In this document: positions 28,301 through 41,920 of the stretch, in pieces | How positions within the stretch are numbered: position 1 is the stretch's first letter | How the letters are laid out: each line of letters starts with the position of its first letter | Assembly: GCF_009914755.1 (NCBI RefSeq) | Contig: NC_060933.1 | Direction: 5' to 3' (one strand) | Length of the DNA: 64,000 nt | Source: the human T2T-CHM13v2.0 reference genome, Homo sapiens | Notes under the pieces: generated by a model | Seen by the model: only the letters and a program-made list of their open reading frames with translations | What the model was told of the DNA's origin: nothing | The model's database searches: none | Made by a program: the position numbers and the translations under genes

Positions 28301-31300
28301 CATTACATTCGGATTGATTCTATTCAACTCCCTTACTCTCCATTACATTCCATTCCATTCGGGTTGTTCCATTCCATTCCATTCCATTCCACTCCATTCC
28401 ATTGCACTCGGGTTGATTCAATTCCATTACATTCCATTCCATTCCGGAAGATTCCATTCCATTGCATTCCATTACATTCCATTCCCCTGCACTCGCGTTG
28501 ATTCCATTCCATTCCATTCCATTCCATTCCATTCCATTCCGTTCCGTTCCGTTCCATTCCATTCCATTCCATTCCATTCCGTTCCATTCCATTCCATTCT
28601 ATTCGGGTTAATTCCATTCCATTCCATTCGATTGCAATCGTGTTGATTCCATTCCATTCCATTCCATTCCATTCCTTTCCATTCCATTACGGATGATTCC
28701 ATTCCATTGCATTCCATTCCATTCCATTCCCCTGTACTCAGGTTGATTCCATTCCATTGCATTCCAATCCATGCCCTTCCACTCGTGTTGATTCCATTCT
28801 TTCCATTCCATTCAAGTTGAATCCATTCCATTGCATTCCATTCCATTCGATTCCATTCGATTGCACTCGGGTTGATTCCATTACATTGCATTCCATTCCA
28901 TTCAATTCCATTCCATTCCATTCCATTCCGTTCCATTCCATTCCATTACATTCGGATTGATTCTATTCAATTCCCTTACACTCCATTACCTTCCATTCCA
29001 TTTGGGTAGTTTCCATTCCATTCCATTCCATTCCTCTCCATTCCATTGCACTCGGGTTGATTCCATTCCATTGCATTCCATTCCATTCCATTCAATTCGA
29101 TTCCTTTCCATTCCATTCCATTACATTCGGATTGATTCTATTCAACTCCCTTACTCTCCATTACATTCCATTATATTCGGGTTGTTCCATTCCATTCCAT
29201 TCCATTCCACTCCATTCCATTGCACTCGGGTTTATTCCATTCCATTCCATTCCATTCCATTCCATTCCATTCCGGAAGATTCCATTCCATTGCATTCCAT
29301 TCCATTCCATTCCCCTGCACTCGCGTTGATTCCATTCCATTCCATTCCATTCCATTCCATTCCTTTCCGTTCCATTCCATTCCATTCCATTCCATTCCAT
29401 TCCGTTCCGTTCCGTTCCGTTCCGTTCCATTCCATTCCATTCCATTCTATTCGGGTTAATTCCATTCCATTCCATTCGACTGCAATCGAGTTGATTCCAT
29501 TGCATTCCATTCCATTCCATTCCATTCCATTCCTTTCCATTCCATTACGGATAATTCCATTCCATTGCATTCCATTCCATTCCATTCCCCTGTACTCGGG
29601 TTGATTCCATTCCATTCCATTCCAATCCATGCCATTCCACTCGTGTTGATTCCATTCTTTCCATTCCATTTAAGTTGAATCCATTCCATTGCATTCCATT
29701 CCATTCCATTCCCCTGCAGTCGGGTTGATTCCATTCCTTTCCATTCCATTCCATTCCATTCCATTCCATTATGTTCCGTTCCGTTCCATTCCATTCCATT
29801 CCATTCTATTCGGGTTAATTCCATTCCATTCCATTCCATTCCATTCCATTCCAATCGAGTTGATTCCATTCCATTCCATTCCATTCCATTCCACTCCATT
29901 CCAGTCCTTTCCATTCCATTCCACTTGGGTTGATTCCAATGTATTCCTTTCCATTCCATTCCATTCCATTGCAATCGAGTTGATTCCATTGCTTTGCATT
30001 CCTTTCCATTCCATTCCATTCCGGATGATTCCATTCCATTGCATTCCATTCCATTCCATTCCCCTGCACTCGGGTTGATTCCATTCCATTCCATTCCGTT
30101 CCGTTCCATTCCATTCCATTCCATTCTATTCGGGTTAATTCCATTCCATTCCATTCGATTGCAATCGTGTTGATTCCATTCCATTGCATTCCATTCCATT
30201 CCATTCCCCTGTACTCGGGTTGATTCCATTCCATTGCATTCTAATCCATGCCCTTCCACTCGTGTTGATTCCATTCTTTCCATTCCATTCAAGTTGAATC
30301 CATTCCATTGCATTCCATTCCATTCGATTCCATTCGATTGCACTCGGTTTGATTCCATTCCATTGCATTCCATTCCATTCCATTCCATTCCATTCCATTA
30401 CATTCGGATTGATTCTATTCAATTCCCTTACACTCCATTACATTCCATTCCATTCGGGTAGTTTCCATTCCATTCCATTCCATTCCTCTCCATTCCAATG
30501 CACTCGGGTTGATTCCATTCCATTGCATTCCATTCCATTATATTCAATTCCATTCCGTTCCATTCCATTCCATTACATTCGGATTGATTCTATTCAACTC
30601 CCTTACTCTCCATTCCATTCCATTCCATTCGTACTGTTCCATTCCATTCCATTCCATTCCACTCCATTCCATTGCACTCGGGTTTATTCCATTCCATTCC
30701 ATTCCATTCCATTCCATTCCATTCCATTCCGGAAGATTCCATTCCATTGCATTCCATTCCATTCCATTCCCCTGCACTCGCGTTGATTCCATTCCATTCC
30801 ATTACATTCCATTCCATTCCATTCCATTCCTTTCCGTTCCATTCCATTCCATTCCATTCCATTCCATTCCATTCCATTCCGTTCCGTTGCGTTCCATTCC
30901 ATTCCATTCCATTCTATTCGGGTTAATTCCATTCCATTCCATTCGATTGCAATCGAGTTGATTCCATTCCATTCCATTCCATTCCATTCCATTCCATTCC
31001 ATTCCATTCCGGATGATTCCATTCCATTGCATTCCATTCCAATCCATTCCCCTGTACTCGGGTTCATTCCATTCCATTCCATTCCAATCCATGCCATTCC
31101 ACTCGTGTTGATTCCATTCTTTCCATTCCATTCAAGTTGAATCCATTCCATTGCATTCCATTCCACTCCATTCCCCTGCAGTCGGGTTGATTCCATTCCA
31201 TTCCATTCCATTCCATTCCATTCCATTCCGTTCCGTTCCGTTCCATTCCATTCCATTCCATTCTATTCGGGTTAATTCCATTCCATTCCATTCCATTCCA

Positions 31301-34300
31301 TTCCATTCCAATCGAGTTGATTCCATTCCATTCCATTCCATTCCATTCCACTCCATTCCAGTCCTTTCCATTCCATTCCACTCGGGTTGATTCCAATGTA
31401 TTCCTTTCCATTCCATTCCATTCCATTGCAATCGAGTTGATTCCATTGCTTTGCATTCCATTCCATTCCATTCCATTCCGGATGATTCCATTCCATTGCA
31501 TTCCATTCCATTCCATTCCCCTGCACTCGGGTTGATTCCATTCCATTCCATTCCGTTCCGTTCCATTCCATTCCATTCCATTCTATTCGGGTTAATTCCA
31601 TTCCATTCCATTCGATTGCAATCGTGTTGATTCCATTCCATTGCATTCCATTCCATTCCATTCCATTCCATTCCGTTCCATTCCATTCCATTACATTCGG
31701 ATTGATTCTATTCAATTCCCTTACACTCCATTACATTCCATTCCATTCGGGTATTTTCCATTCCATTCCATTCCTTTCCTCTCCATTCCATTGCACTCGG
31801 GTTGATTCCATTCCATTGCATTCCATTCCATTCCATTCAATTCCATTCCGTTCCATTCCATTCCATTACATTCGGATTGATTCTATTCAACTCCCTTACT
31901 CTCCATTACATTCCATTCCATTCGGGCTGTTCCATTCCATTCCATTCCATTCCACTCCATTCCATTGCACACGGGTTTATTCCATTCCATTCCATTCCAT
32001 TCCATTCCATTCCATTCCATTCCGGAAGATTCCATTCCATTGCATTCCATTCCATTCCATTCCCCTGCACTCGCGTTGATTCCATTCCATTCCATTCCAT
32101 TCCATTCCATTGCATTCCATTCCTTTCCGTTCCATTCCATTCCATTCCATTCCATTCCATTCCGTTCCGTTCGGTTCCATTCCATTCCATTCCATTCTAT
32201 TCGGGTTAATTCCATTCCATTCCATTCGATTGCAATCGAGTTGATTCCATTCCATTCCATTCCATTCCATTCCATTCCTTTCCATTTCATTACGGATGAT
32301 TCCATTCCATTGCATTCCATTCCATTCCATTCCCCTGTACTCGGGTTCATTCCATTCCATTGCATTCCAATCTATGCCATTCCACTCGTGTTGATTCCAT
32401 TCTTTCCATTCCATTCAAGTTGAATCCATTCCATTGCATTCCATTCCATTCCATTCCCCTGCAGTCGGGTTGATTCCATTCCATTCCATTCTATTCCATT
32501 CCATTCCATTCCATTCCGTTCCGTTCCGTTCCATTCCATTCCATTCCATTCTATCCGGGTTAATTCCATTCCATTCCATTCCATTCCATTCTGTTCCGTT
32601 CCGTTCCATTCCATTCCATTCCATTCCATTCTATTCGGGTTAATTCCATTCCATTCCATTCCATTCCATTCCATTCCATTCCAATCGAGTTGATTCCATT
32701 CCATTCCATTCCATTCCATTCCACTCCATTCCAGTCCTTTCCATTCCATTCCACTCGGGTTGATTTCAATGTATTCCTTTCCATTCCGTTCCATTCCATT
32801 GCAATCGAGTTGATTCCATTGCTTTGCATTCCATTCCATTCCATTCCATTCCGGATGATTCCATTCCATTGCATTCCATTCCATTCCATTCCCCTGCACT
32901 CGGGTTGATTCCATTCCATTCCACTCCATTCCGTTCCATTCCATTCCATTCCATTGTATTCGGGTTAATTCCATTCCATTCCATTCCATTCCATTCCATT
33001 CCATTCCATTACAATCGAGTTGATTCCATTCCATTCCATTCCATTCCAGTCTTTCCATTCCATTCCACTCGGGTTGATTCCATTCTATTAGTTTCCATTC
33101 CATTCCATTCCCTTCCATTCCACTCTGGTTGATTCCATTCCTTTCCATTCCACTCGAATACATTCCCTCCTATTCCACTCGGAACGATTCCATTCCATTC
33201 CATTCCATTCCATTCCATTCCATTCCATTCCATTCCATTTTGTTCCATTCCATTCTATTCTGTATCATTCCATTCCATTCCATTCCATTCCATTCCATTC
33301 CATTCCACTCGTATTGATTCCATTCCTTTCCATTCCATTCGGTTTGAAGGCATTCCATTCCATTCCATTCCATTCCATTCCATTCCATTCCATTCCATTG
33401 TACTCGGGCTGATTGCATTCCATTGCATTCCATTCCATTCCATTCCGTTGCATTCCATTCCATTACATTCGGATTGATTCTATTCAACTCCCTTACATTC
33501 CATTACATTCCATTCCTTTCGGGTTGCTCCATTCCATTCTATTCCATTCCACTCCATTCCATTGCACTCGGGTTGATTCCATTCCATTCCATTCCATTCC
33601 ATTCCATTCCATTCCATTCCATTCCAGATGATTCCATTCCATTGCATTCCGTTCCATTACATTCCCCTGCACTCGCGTTGATTCCATTCCATTCCATTCA
33701 ATTCCATTCCATTACAATTCGTTACATTCCATTCTATTCCGTACCATTCCATTCCATTCCATACCATTCCATTCCATTCCATTCCATTCCATTCCATTCC
33801 GTTCCATTCCGTTCCATTGCATTCCATTCCATTCTATTCGGGTTCATTCCATTCCATTCCATTCCATTCCATTCCATTCCATTCTATTCCATTCCATTGC
33901 AATGGAGTTGAATCCATTGCATTTCATTCCATTCCATTCCATTCCATTCCGGAAGATTCCATTCCATTGTATTCCATTCCATTCCATTCCACTGCACTCG
34001 CATTGATTCCATTCCATTCCATTCCATTCCATTCCGTTCCGTTCCATTCCATTCCATTCCTTTCCATTCCATTCTATTCCGTTCCTTTCCATTCCATTCC
34101 ATTCCATTCTATTCGGGTTAATTCCATTCCATTCCATTCGATTGCAATCGAGTTGATTCCATTCCATTGCATTCCATTCCATTCGATTCCATTCGATTGC
34201 ACTCGGGTTGATTCCATTCCATCGCATTCCATTCCATTCCATTCCATTCCATTCCATTCCATTCCATTCCATTCTGTTCCATTCCTTTCCATTACATTCG

Positions 34301-34660
34301 GATTGATTCTATTCAATTCCCTTACACTCCATTACATTCCATTCCATTCGGGTAGTTTCCACTAAATTCCATTCCATTTCTCTCCATTCCATTGCACTCG
34401 GGTTGATTCCATTCCATTGCATTCCATTGCATTCGGGTAGTTTCCACTCCATTCCATTCCATTCCTCTCCATTCCATTGCACTCGGGTTGATTCCATTCC
34501 ATTGCATTCCATTCCATTCCACTCAATTCCATTCCGTTCCATTCCATTCCATTACATTCGGATTGATTCTATTCAACTCCCTTACTCTCCATTCCATTCC
34601 ATTCCATTCGGGTTGTTCCATTCCATTCCATTCCATTCCACTCCATTCCATTGCACTCGT
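25400..34660 (+). repeat. ~3-kb segment (25.4-28.4 kb) duplicated at 31.7-34.65 kb (offset ~6.25 kb), with nested shorter repeats between
   Basis: Shared GGGCTGTT (25659/31924), GGTTTGAAGGC (27092/33341), D module (26941/33180) and doubled GGGTAGTTTCCACT mini-module (28101+28186 / 34350+34435). Confidence 0.8.
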
Positions 34661-34700
34661 GTTTATTCCATTCCATTCCATTCCATTCCATTCCATTCCA

Positions 34701-37700
34701 TTCCGTTCAATTCCATTCCATTCCATTCTATTCGGGTTAATTCCATTTCATTCCATTCCATTCCATTCCATTCCATTCCATTCCATTCCATTCCATTCCA
34801 TTCTATTCTGGTTAATTCCATTCCATTCCATTCCATTCCATTCCATTCCATTCTATTCCATTCCAGTGCAATCGAGTTGAATCCATTGCATTTCATTCCA
34901 TTCCATTCCATTCCATTCCATTCCATTCCGGAAGATTCCATTCCATTGCATTCCATTCCATTCCATTCCCCTACACTCGCGTTTATTCCATTCCATTCCA
35001 TTCCATTCCATTCCATTCCATTCCATTCCATTCCGTTCCGTTCCGTTCCGTTCCATTCCATTCCATTCCATTCCATTCCGTTCCGTTCCATTCCATTCCA
35101 TTCCATTCTATTCGGGTTAATTCCATTCCATTCCATTCGATTGCAATCGTGTTGATTCCATTCCATTCCATTCCATTCCATTCCATTCCATTCCATTCCA
35201 TTCCTTTCCATTCCATTACGGATGATTCCATTCCATTGCATTCCATTCCATTCCATTCCCCTGTACTCGGGTTGATTCCATTCCATTGCATTCCAATCCA
35301 TGCCCTTCCACTCGTGTTGATTCCATTATTTCCATTCCATTCAAGTTGAATCCATTCCATTGTATTCCATTCCATTCGATTCCATTCGATTGCACTCGGG
35401 TTGATTCCATTCCATTGCATTCCATTCCATTCCATTCCATTCCATTCCATTCCATTCCGTTCCATTCCATTCCATTACATTCGGATTGATTCTATTCAAT
35501 TCCCTTACACTCCATTACATTCCATTCCATTCGGGTAGTTTCCATTCCATTCCATTCCATTCCTCTCCATTCCATTGCACTCGGGTTGATTCCATTCCAT
35601 TGCATTCCAATCCATGCCCTTCCACTCGTGTTGATTCCATTCTTTCCATTCCGTTCAAGTTGAATCCATTCCATTGCATTCCATTCCATTCGATTCCATT
35701 TGATTTCACTCGGGTTGATTCCATTCCATTGCATTCCATTCCATTCCATTCCATTCCATTCCGTTCCATTCCATTCCATTACATTCGGATTGATTCTATT
35801 CAACTCCCTTACTCTCCATTACATTCCATTCCATTCGGGTTGTTCCATTCCATTCCATTCCATTCCACTCCATTCCATTGGACTCGGGTTGATTCCATTC
35901 CATTCCATTCCATTCCATTCCATTCCATTCCATTCCGTTCCGTTCCATTCCATTCCATTCCATTCCATTCTATTCGGGTTAATTCCATTCCATTCCATTC
36001 GATTGCAATAGAGTTGATTCCATTCCATTCCATTCCATTCCATTCCATTCCATTCCATTCCTTTCCATTACATTACGGATGATTCCATTCCATTTCATTC
36101 CATTCCATTCCATTCCCCTGTACTCGGGTTGATTCCATTCCATTCCATTCCAATCCATACCATTCCACTCTTGTTGATTCCATTCTTTCCATTCCATTCA
36201 AGTTGAATCCATTCCATTGCATTCCATTCCATTCGATTCCATTCGATTGCACTCGGGTTGATTCCATTCCATTGCATTCCATTCCATTCCATTCCATTCC
36301 TTTCCATTCCATTCCATTCGGATTCATTCTATTCAATTCCCTTACACTCCGTTACATTCCATTCGATTCGTGTAGTTTCCATTCCATTCCATTCCATTCC
36401 TCTCCATTCGATTGCACTCTGGTTGATTCCATTCCATTCAATTCCATTCCATTCCATTCCATTCCGGATGATTCCATTCCATTGAATTCCATTCCATTCC
36501 ATTCCCCTGCACTTGGGTTGATTCCATTCCATTCCATTCCATTCCTTTCTGTTCCATTCAATTCCATTCCATTCCATTCTATTCGTGTTAATTCCATTCC
36601 ATTCTATTCCATTCCATTCCATTGAAGTCGAGTTGATTCCATTCCATTCCATTCCATTTCATTCCATTCCATTCCATTCCATTCCATTCCGGATGATTCC
36701 ATTCCATTGCACTCCATTCCATTCCATTCCCCTGCACTCGGGTTGATTCCATTCCATTCCATTCCATTACATTCCATTCCATTCCGTTCCATTTCATTCT
36801 ATTCTGGTTAATTCCATTCCATTCCATTCCACTCCATTCGAGTCCTTTCCATTCCATTCCACTCGGGTTGATTCCATTCTATTCCTTTCAATTCCATTCC
36901 ATTCCATTGCAATCGAGTTGATTCCATTCGAGTTGAATCCATTCCATTCCATTCCATTCCATTCCATTCCATTGCACACGGGTTCATTCCATTCCATTCC
37001 ATTCCATTCCATTCCATTCCATTCCATTCCATTCCATTCCATTTCATTCCATTCCATTCTATTCCGTACCATTCCATTCCATCCCATTCCATTCCGTTCC
37101 ATTCCATGCCATTACACTCGGGTTGATTCCATTCCTTTCCATTCCATTCTTGTTGAATCCATTCCATTCCATTCCATTTGAATCCATTCTATTGCACTCG
37201 GTTTGATTCCATTCCATTCCATTCCATTCCATTTCATTCCATTCCATTCCATTACATTCGGATTGATTCTATTCAATTCCCTTACACTCCATTACATTCC
37301 ATTCCATTCGGGATGTTTCCATTCCATTCCATTCCATTCCACTCCTTTCCATTGCATCAGGTTGATTGCATTCCATTCCATTCCATTCCATTCCGGATGA
37401 TTCCATTCCATTGCATTCCATTCCATTCCATTCCCCTGCACTCGGGTTGATTCCATTCCATTCCATTCCATTCCATTCCATTCCATTTCGTTCCGTTCCA
37501 TTCCATTCCATTCCATTCTATTCCGGTTAATTCCATTCCATTCCATTCGATTCCATTCCATTCCATTCCATTCCATTGCAATCGAGTTGATTCCATTCTA
37601 TTCCAGTCCATTCCGTTCCGGATGATTCCATTCCATTCCATTCCATTCCATTCCATTCCATTCCATTCCATTCCCCTGCAGTCGGGTTGATTCCATTCCA

Positions 37701-40700
37701 TTCCATTCCATTCCATTCCATTCCATTCCATTCCGTTCAATTCCATTCCATTCCATTCTATTCGGGTTAATTCCATTCCATTCCATTCCATTCCATTCCA
37801 TTCCATTCCATTCCATTCCATTCTATTCTGGTTAATTCCATTCCATTCCATTCCATTCCATTCCATTCCATTCTATTCCATTCCAGTGCAATAGAGTTGA
37901 ATCCATTGCATTTCATTCCATTCCATTCCATTCCATTCCATTCCATTCCGGAAGATTCCATTCCATTGCATTCCATTCCATTCCATTCCCCTACACTCGC
38001 GTTTATTCCATTCCATTCCATTCCATTCCATTCCATTCCATTCCATTCCGTTCCGTTCCGTTCCGTTCCATTCCATTCCATTCCATTCCATTCCGTTCCG
38101 TTCCATTCCATTCCATTCCATTCTATTCGGGTTAATTCCATTCCATTCCATTCGATTGCAATCGTGTTGATTCCATTCCATTCCATTCCATTCCATTCCA
38201 TTCCATTCCATTCCATTCCATTCCTTTCCATTCCATTACGGATGATTCCATTCCATTGCATTCCATTCCATTCCATTCCCCTGTACTCGGGTTGATTCCA
38301 TTCCATTGCATTCCAATCCATGCCCTTCCACTCGTGTTGATTCCATTATTTCCATTCCATTCAAGTTGAATCCATTCCATTGTATTCCATTCCATTCGAT
38401 TCCATTCGATTGCACTCGGGTTGATTCCATTCCATTGCATTCCATTCCATTCCATTCCATTCCATTCCATTCCATTCCGTTCCATTCCATTCCATTACAT
38501 TCGGATTGATTCTATTCAATTCCCTTACACTCCATTACATTCCATTCCATTCGGGTAGTTTCCATTCCATTCCATTCCATTCCTCTCCATTCCATTGCAC
38601 TCGGGTTGATTCCATTCCATTGCATTCCAATCCATGCCCTTCCACTCGTGTTGATTCCATTCTTTCCATTCCGTTCAAGTTGAATCCATTCCATTGCATT
38701 CCATTCCATTCGATTCCATTTGATTTCACTCGGGTTGATTCCATTCCATTGCATTCCATTCCATTCCATTCCATTCCATTCCGTTCCATTCCATTCCATT
38801 ACATTCGGATTGATTCTATTCAACTCCCTTACTCTCCATTACATTCCATTCCATTCGGGTTGTTCCATTCCATTCCATTCCATTCCACTCCATTCCATTG
38901 GACTCGGGTTGATTCCATTCCATTCCATTCCATTCCATTCCATTCCATTCCATTCCGTTCCGTTCCGTTCCATTCCATTCCATTCCATTCCATTCTATTC
39001 GGGTTAATTCCATTCCATTCCATTCGATTGCAATAGAGTTGATTCCATTCCATTCCATTCCATTCCATTCCATTCCATTCCATTCCTTTCCATTACATTA
39101 CGGATGATTCCATTCCATTTCATTCCATTCCATTCCATTCCCCTGTACTCGGGTTGATTCCATTCCATTCCATTCCAATCCATACCATTCCACTCTTGTT
39201 GATTCCATTCTTTCCATTCCATTCAAGTTGAATCCATTCCATTGCATTCCATTCCATTCGATTCCATTCGATTGCACTCGGGTTGATTCCATTCCATTGC
39301 ATTCCATTCCATTCCATTCCATTCCTTTCCATTCCATTCCATTCGGATTCATTCTATTCAATTCCCTTACACTCCGTTACATTCCATTCGATTCGTGTAG
39401 TTTCCATTCCATTCCATTCCATTCCTCTCCATTCGATTGCACTCTGGTTGATTCCATTCCATTCCATTCCATTCCATTCCATTCTATTCCGGATGATTCC
39501 ATTCCATTGAATTCCATTCCATTCCATTCCCCTGCACTTGGGTTGATTGCATTCCATTCCATTCCATTCCTTTCTGTTCCATTCAATTCCATTCCATTCC
39601 ATTCTATTCGTGTTAATTCCATTCCATTCTATTCCATTCCATTCCATTGAAGTCGAGTTGATTCCATCCCATTCCATTCCATTTCATTCCATTCCATTCC
39701 ATTCCATTGCACTCCATTCCATTCCATTCCCCTGCACTCGGGTTGATTCCATTCCATTCCATTCCATTACATTCCATTCCATTCCGTTCCATTTCATTCT
39801 ATTCTGGTTAATTCCATTCCATTCCATTCCAGTCCATTCGAGTCCTTTCCATTCCATTCCACTCGGGTTGATTCCATTCTATTCCTTTCAATTCCATTCC
39901 ATTCCATTGCAATCGAGTTGATTCCATTCGAGTTGAATCCATTCCATTCCATTCCATTCCATTCCATTCCATTGCACACGGGTTCATTCCATTCCATTCC
40001 ATTCCATTCCATTCCATTCCATTCCATTCCATTCCATTTCATTCCATTCCATTCTATTCCGTACCATTCCATTCCATCCCATTCCATTCCGTTCATTTCC
40101 ATGCCATTACACTCGGGTTGATTCCATTCCTTTCCATTCCATTCTTGTTGAATCCATTCCATTCCATTCCATTCCATTCCATTTGAATCCATTCTATTGC
40201 ACTCGGTTTGATTCCATTCCATCCCATTCCATTCCATTTCATTCCATTCCATTCCATTACATTCGGATTGATTCTATTCAATTCCCTTACACTCCATTAC
40301 ATTCCATTCCATTCGGGATGTTTCCATTCCATTCCATTCCATTCCACTCCTTTCCATTGCATCAGGTTGATTGCATTCCATTCCATTCCATTCCATTCCG
40401 GATGATTCCATTCCATTGCATTCCATTCCATTCCATTCCCCTGCACTCGGGTTGATTCCATTCCATTCCATTCCATTCCATTCCATTTCGTTCCGTTCCA
40501 TTCCATTCCATTCCATTCTATTCCGGTTAATTCCATTCCATTCCATTCGATTCCATTCCATTCCATTCCATTCCATTCCATTGCAATCGAGTTGATTCCA
40601 TTCTATTCCAGTCCATTCCGTTCCGGATGATTCCATTCCATTCCATTCCATTCCATTCCATTCCATTCCATTCCCCTGCAGTCGGGTTGATTCCATTCCA

Positions 40701-41920
40701 TTCCATTCCATTCCATTCCATTCCATTCCATTCCGTTCAATTCCATTCCATTCCATTCTATTCGGGTTAATTCCATTCCATTCCATTCCATTCCATTCCA
40801 TTCCATTCCATTCCATTCTATTCTGGTTAATTCCATTCCATTCCATTCCATTCCATTCCATTCTATTCCATTCCAGTGCAATCGAGTTGAATCCATTGCA
40901 TTTCATTCCATTCCATTCCATTCCATTCCATTCCATTCCGGAAGATTCCATTCCATTGCATTCCATTCCATTCCATTCCCCTACACTCGCGTTTATTCCA
41001 TTCCATTCCATTCCATTCCATTCCATTCCATTCCTTTCCGTTCCGTTCCGTTCCATTCCATTCCATTCCATTCCATTCCGTTCCGTTCCATTCCATTCCA
41101 TTCCATTCTATTCGGGTTAATTCCATTCCATTCCATTCGATTGCAATCGTGTTGATTCCATTCCATTCCATTCCATTCCATTCCATTCCATTCCATTTCT
41201 TTCCATTCCATTACGGATGATTCCATTCCATTGCATTCCATTCCATTCCATTCCCCTGTACTCGGGTTGATTCCATTCCATTGCATTCCAATCCATGCCC
41301 TTCCACTCGTGTTGATTCCATTCTTTCCATTCCATTCAAGTTGAATCCATTCCATTGTATTCCATTCCATTCGATTCCATTCGATTGCACTCGGGTTGAT
41401 TCCATTCCATTGCATTCCATTCCATTCCATTCCATTCCATTCCATTCCGTTCCATTCCATTCCATTACATTCGGATTGATTCTATTCAATTCCCTTACAC
41501 TCCATTACATTCCATTCCATTCGGGTAGTTTCCATTCCATTCCATTCCATTCCTCTCCATTCCATTGCACTCGGGTTGATTCCATTCCACTGAATTCCAA
41601 TCCATGCCCTTCCACTCGTGTTGATTCCATTCTTTCCATTCCGTTCAAGTTGAATCCATTCCATTGCATTCCATTCCATTCGATTCCATTTGATTTCACT
41701 CGGGTTGATTCCATTCCATTGCATTCCATTCCATTCCATTCCATTCCATTCCGTTCCATTCCATTCCATTACATTCGGATTGATTCTATTCAACTCCCTT
41801 ACACTCCATTACATTCCATTCCATTCGGGTTGTTCCATTCCATTCCATTCCATTCCACTCCATTCCATTGGACTCGGGTTGATTCCATTCCATTCCATTC
41901 CATTCCATTCCATTCCATTC
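34701..41920 (+). repeat. ~3.0-kb higher-order tandem repeat, about 2.4 copies (34701, 37731, 40731)
   Basis: Private markers recur at ~3.0-kb spacing: TTCCGTTCAA (34701/37731/40731), CCAGTGCAAT (34863/37883/40873), CTACACTCGCGTTTA (34971/37991/40981) and TGATTTCACT (35701/38721/41691). Identical ORF translations at 35492/38512. Confidence 0.9.
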
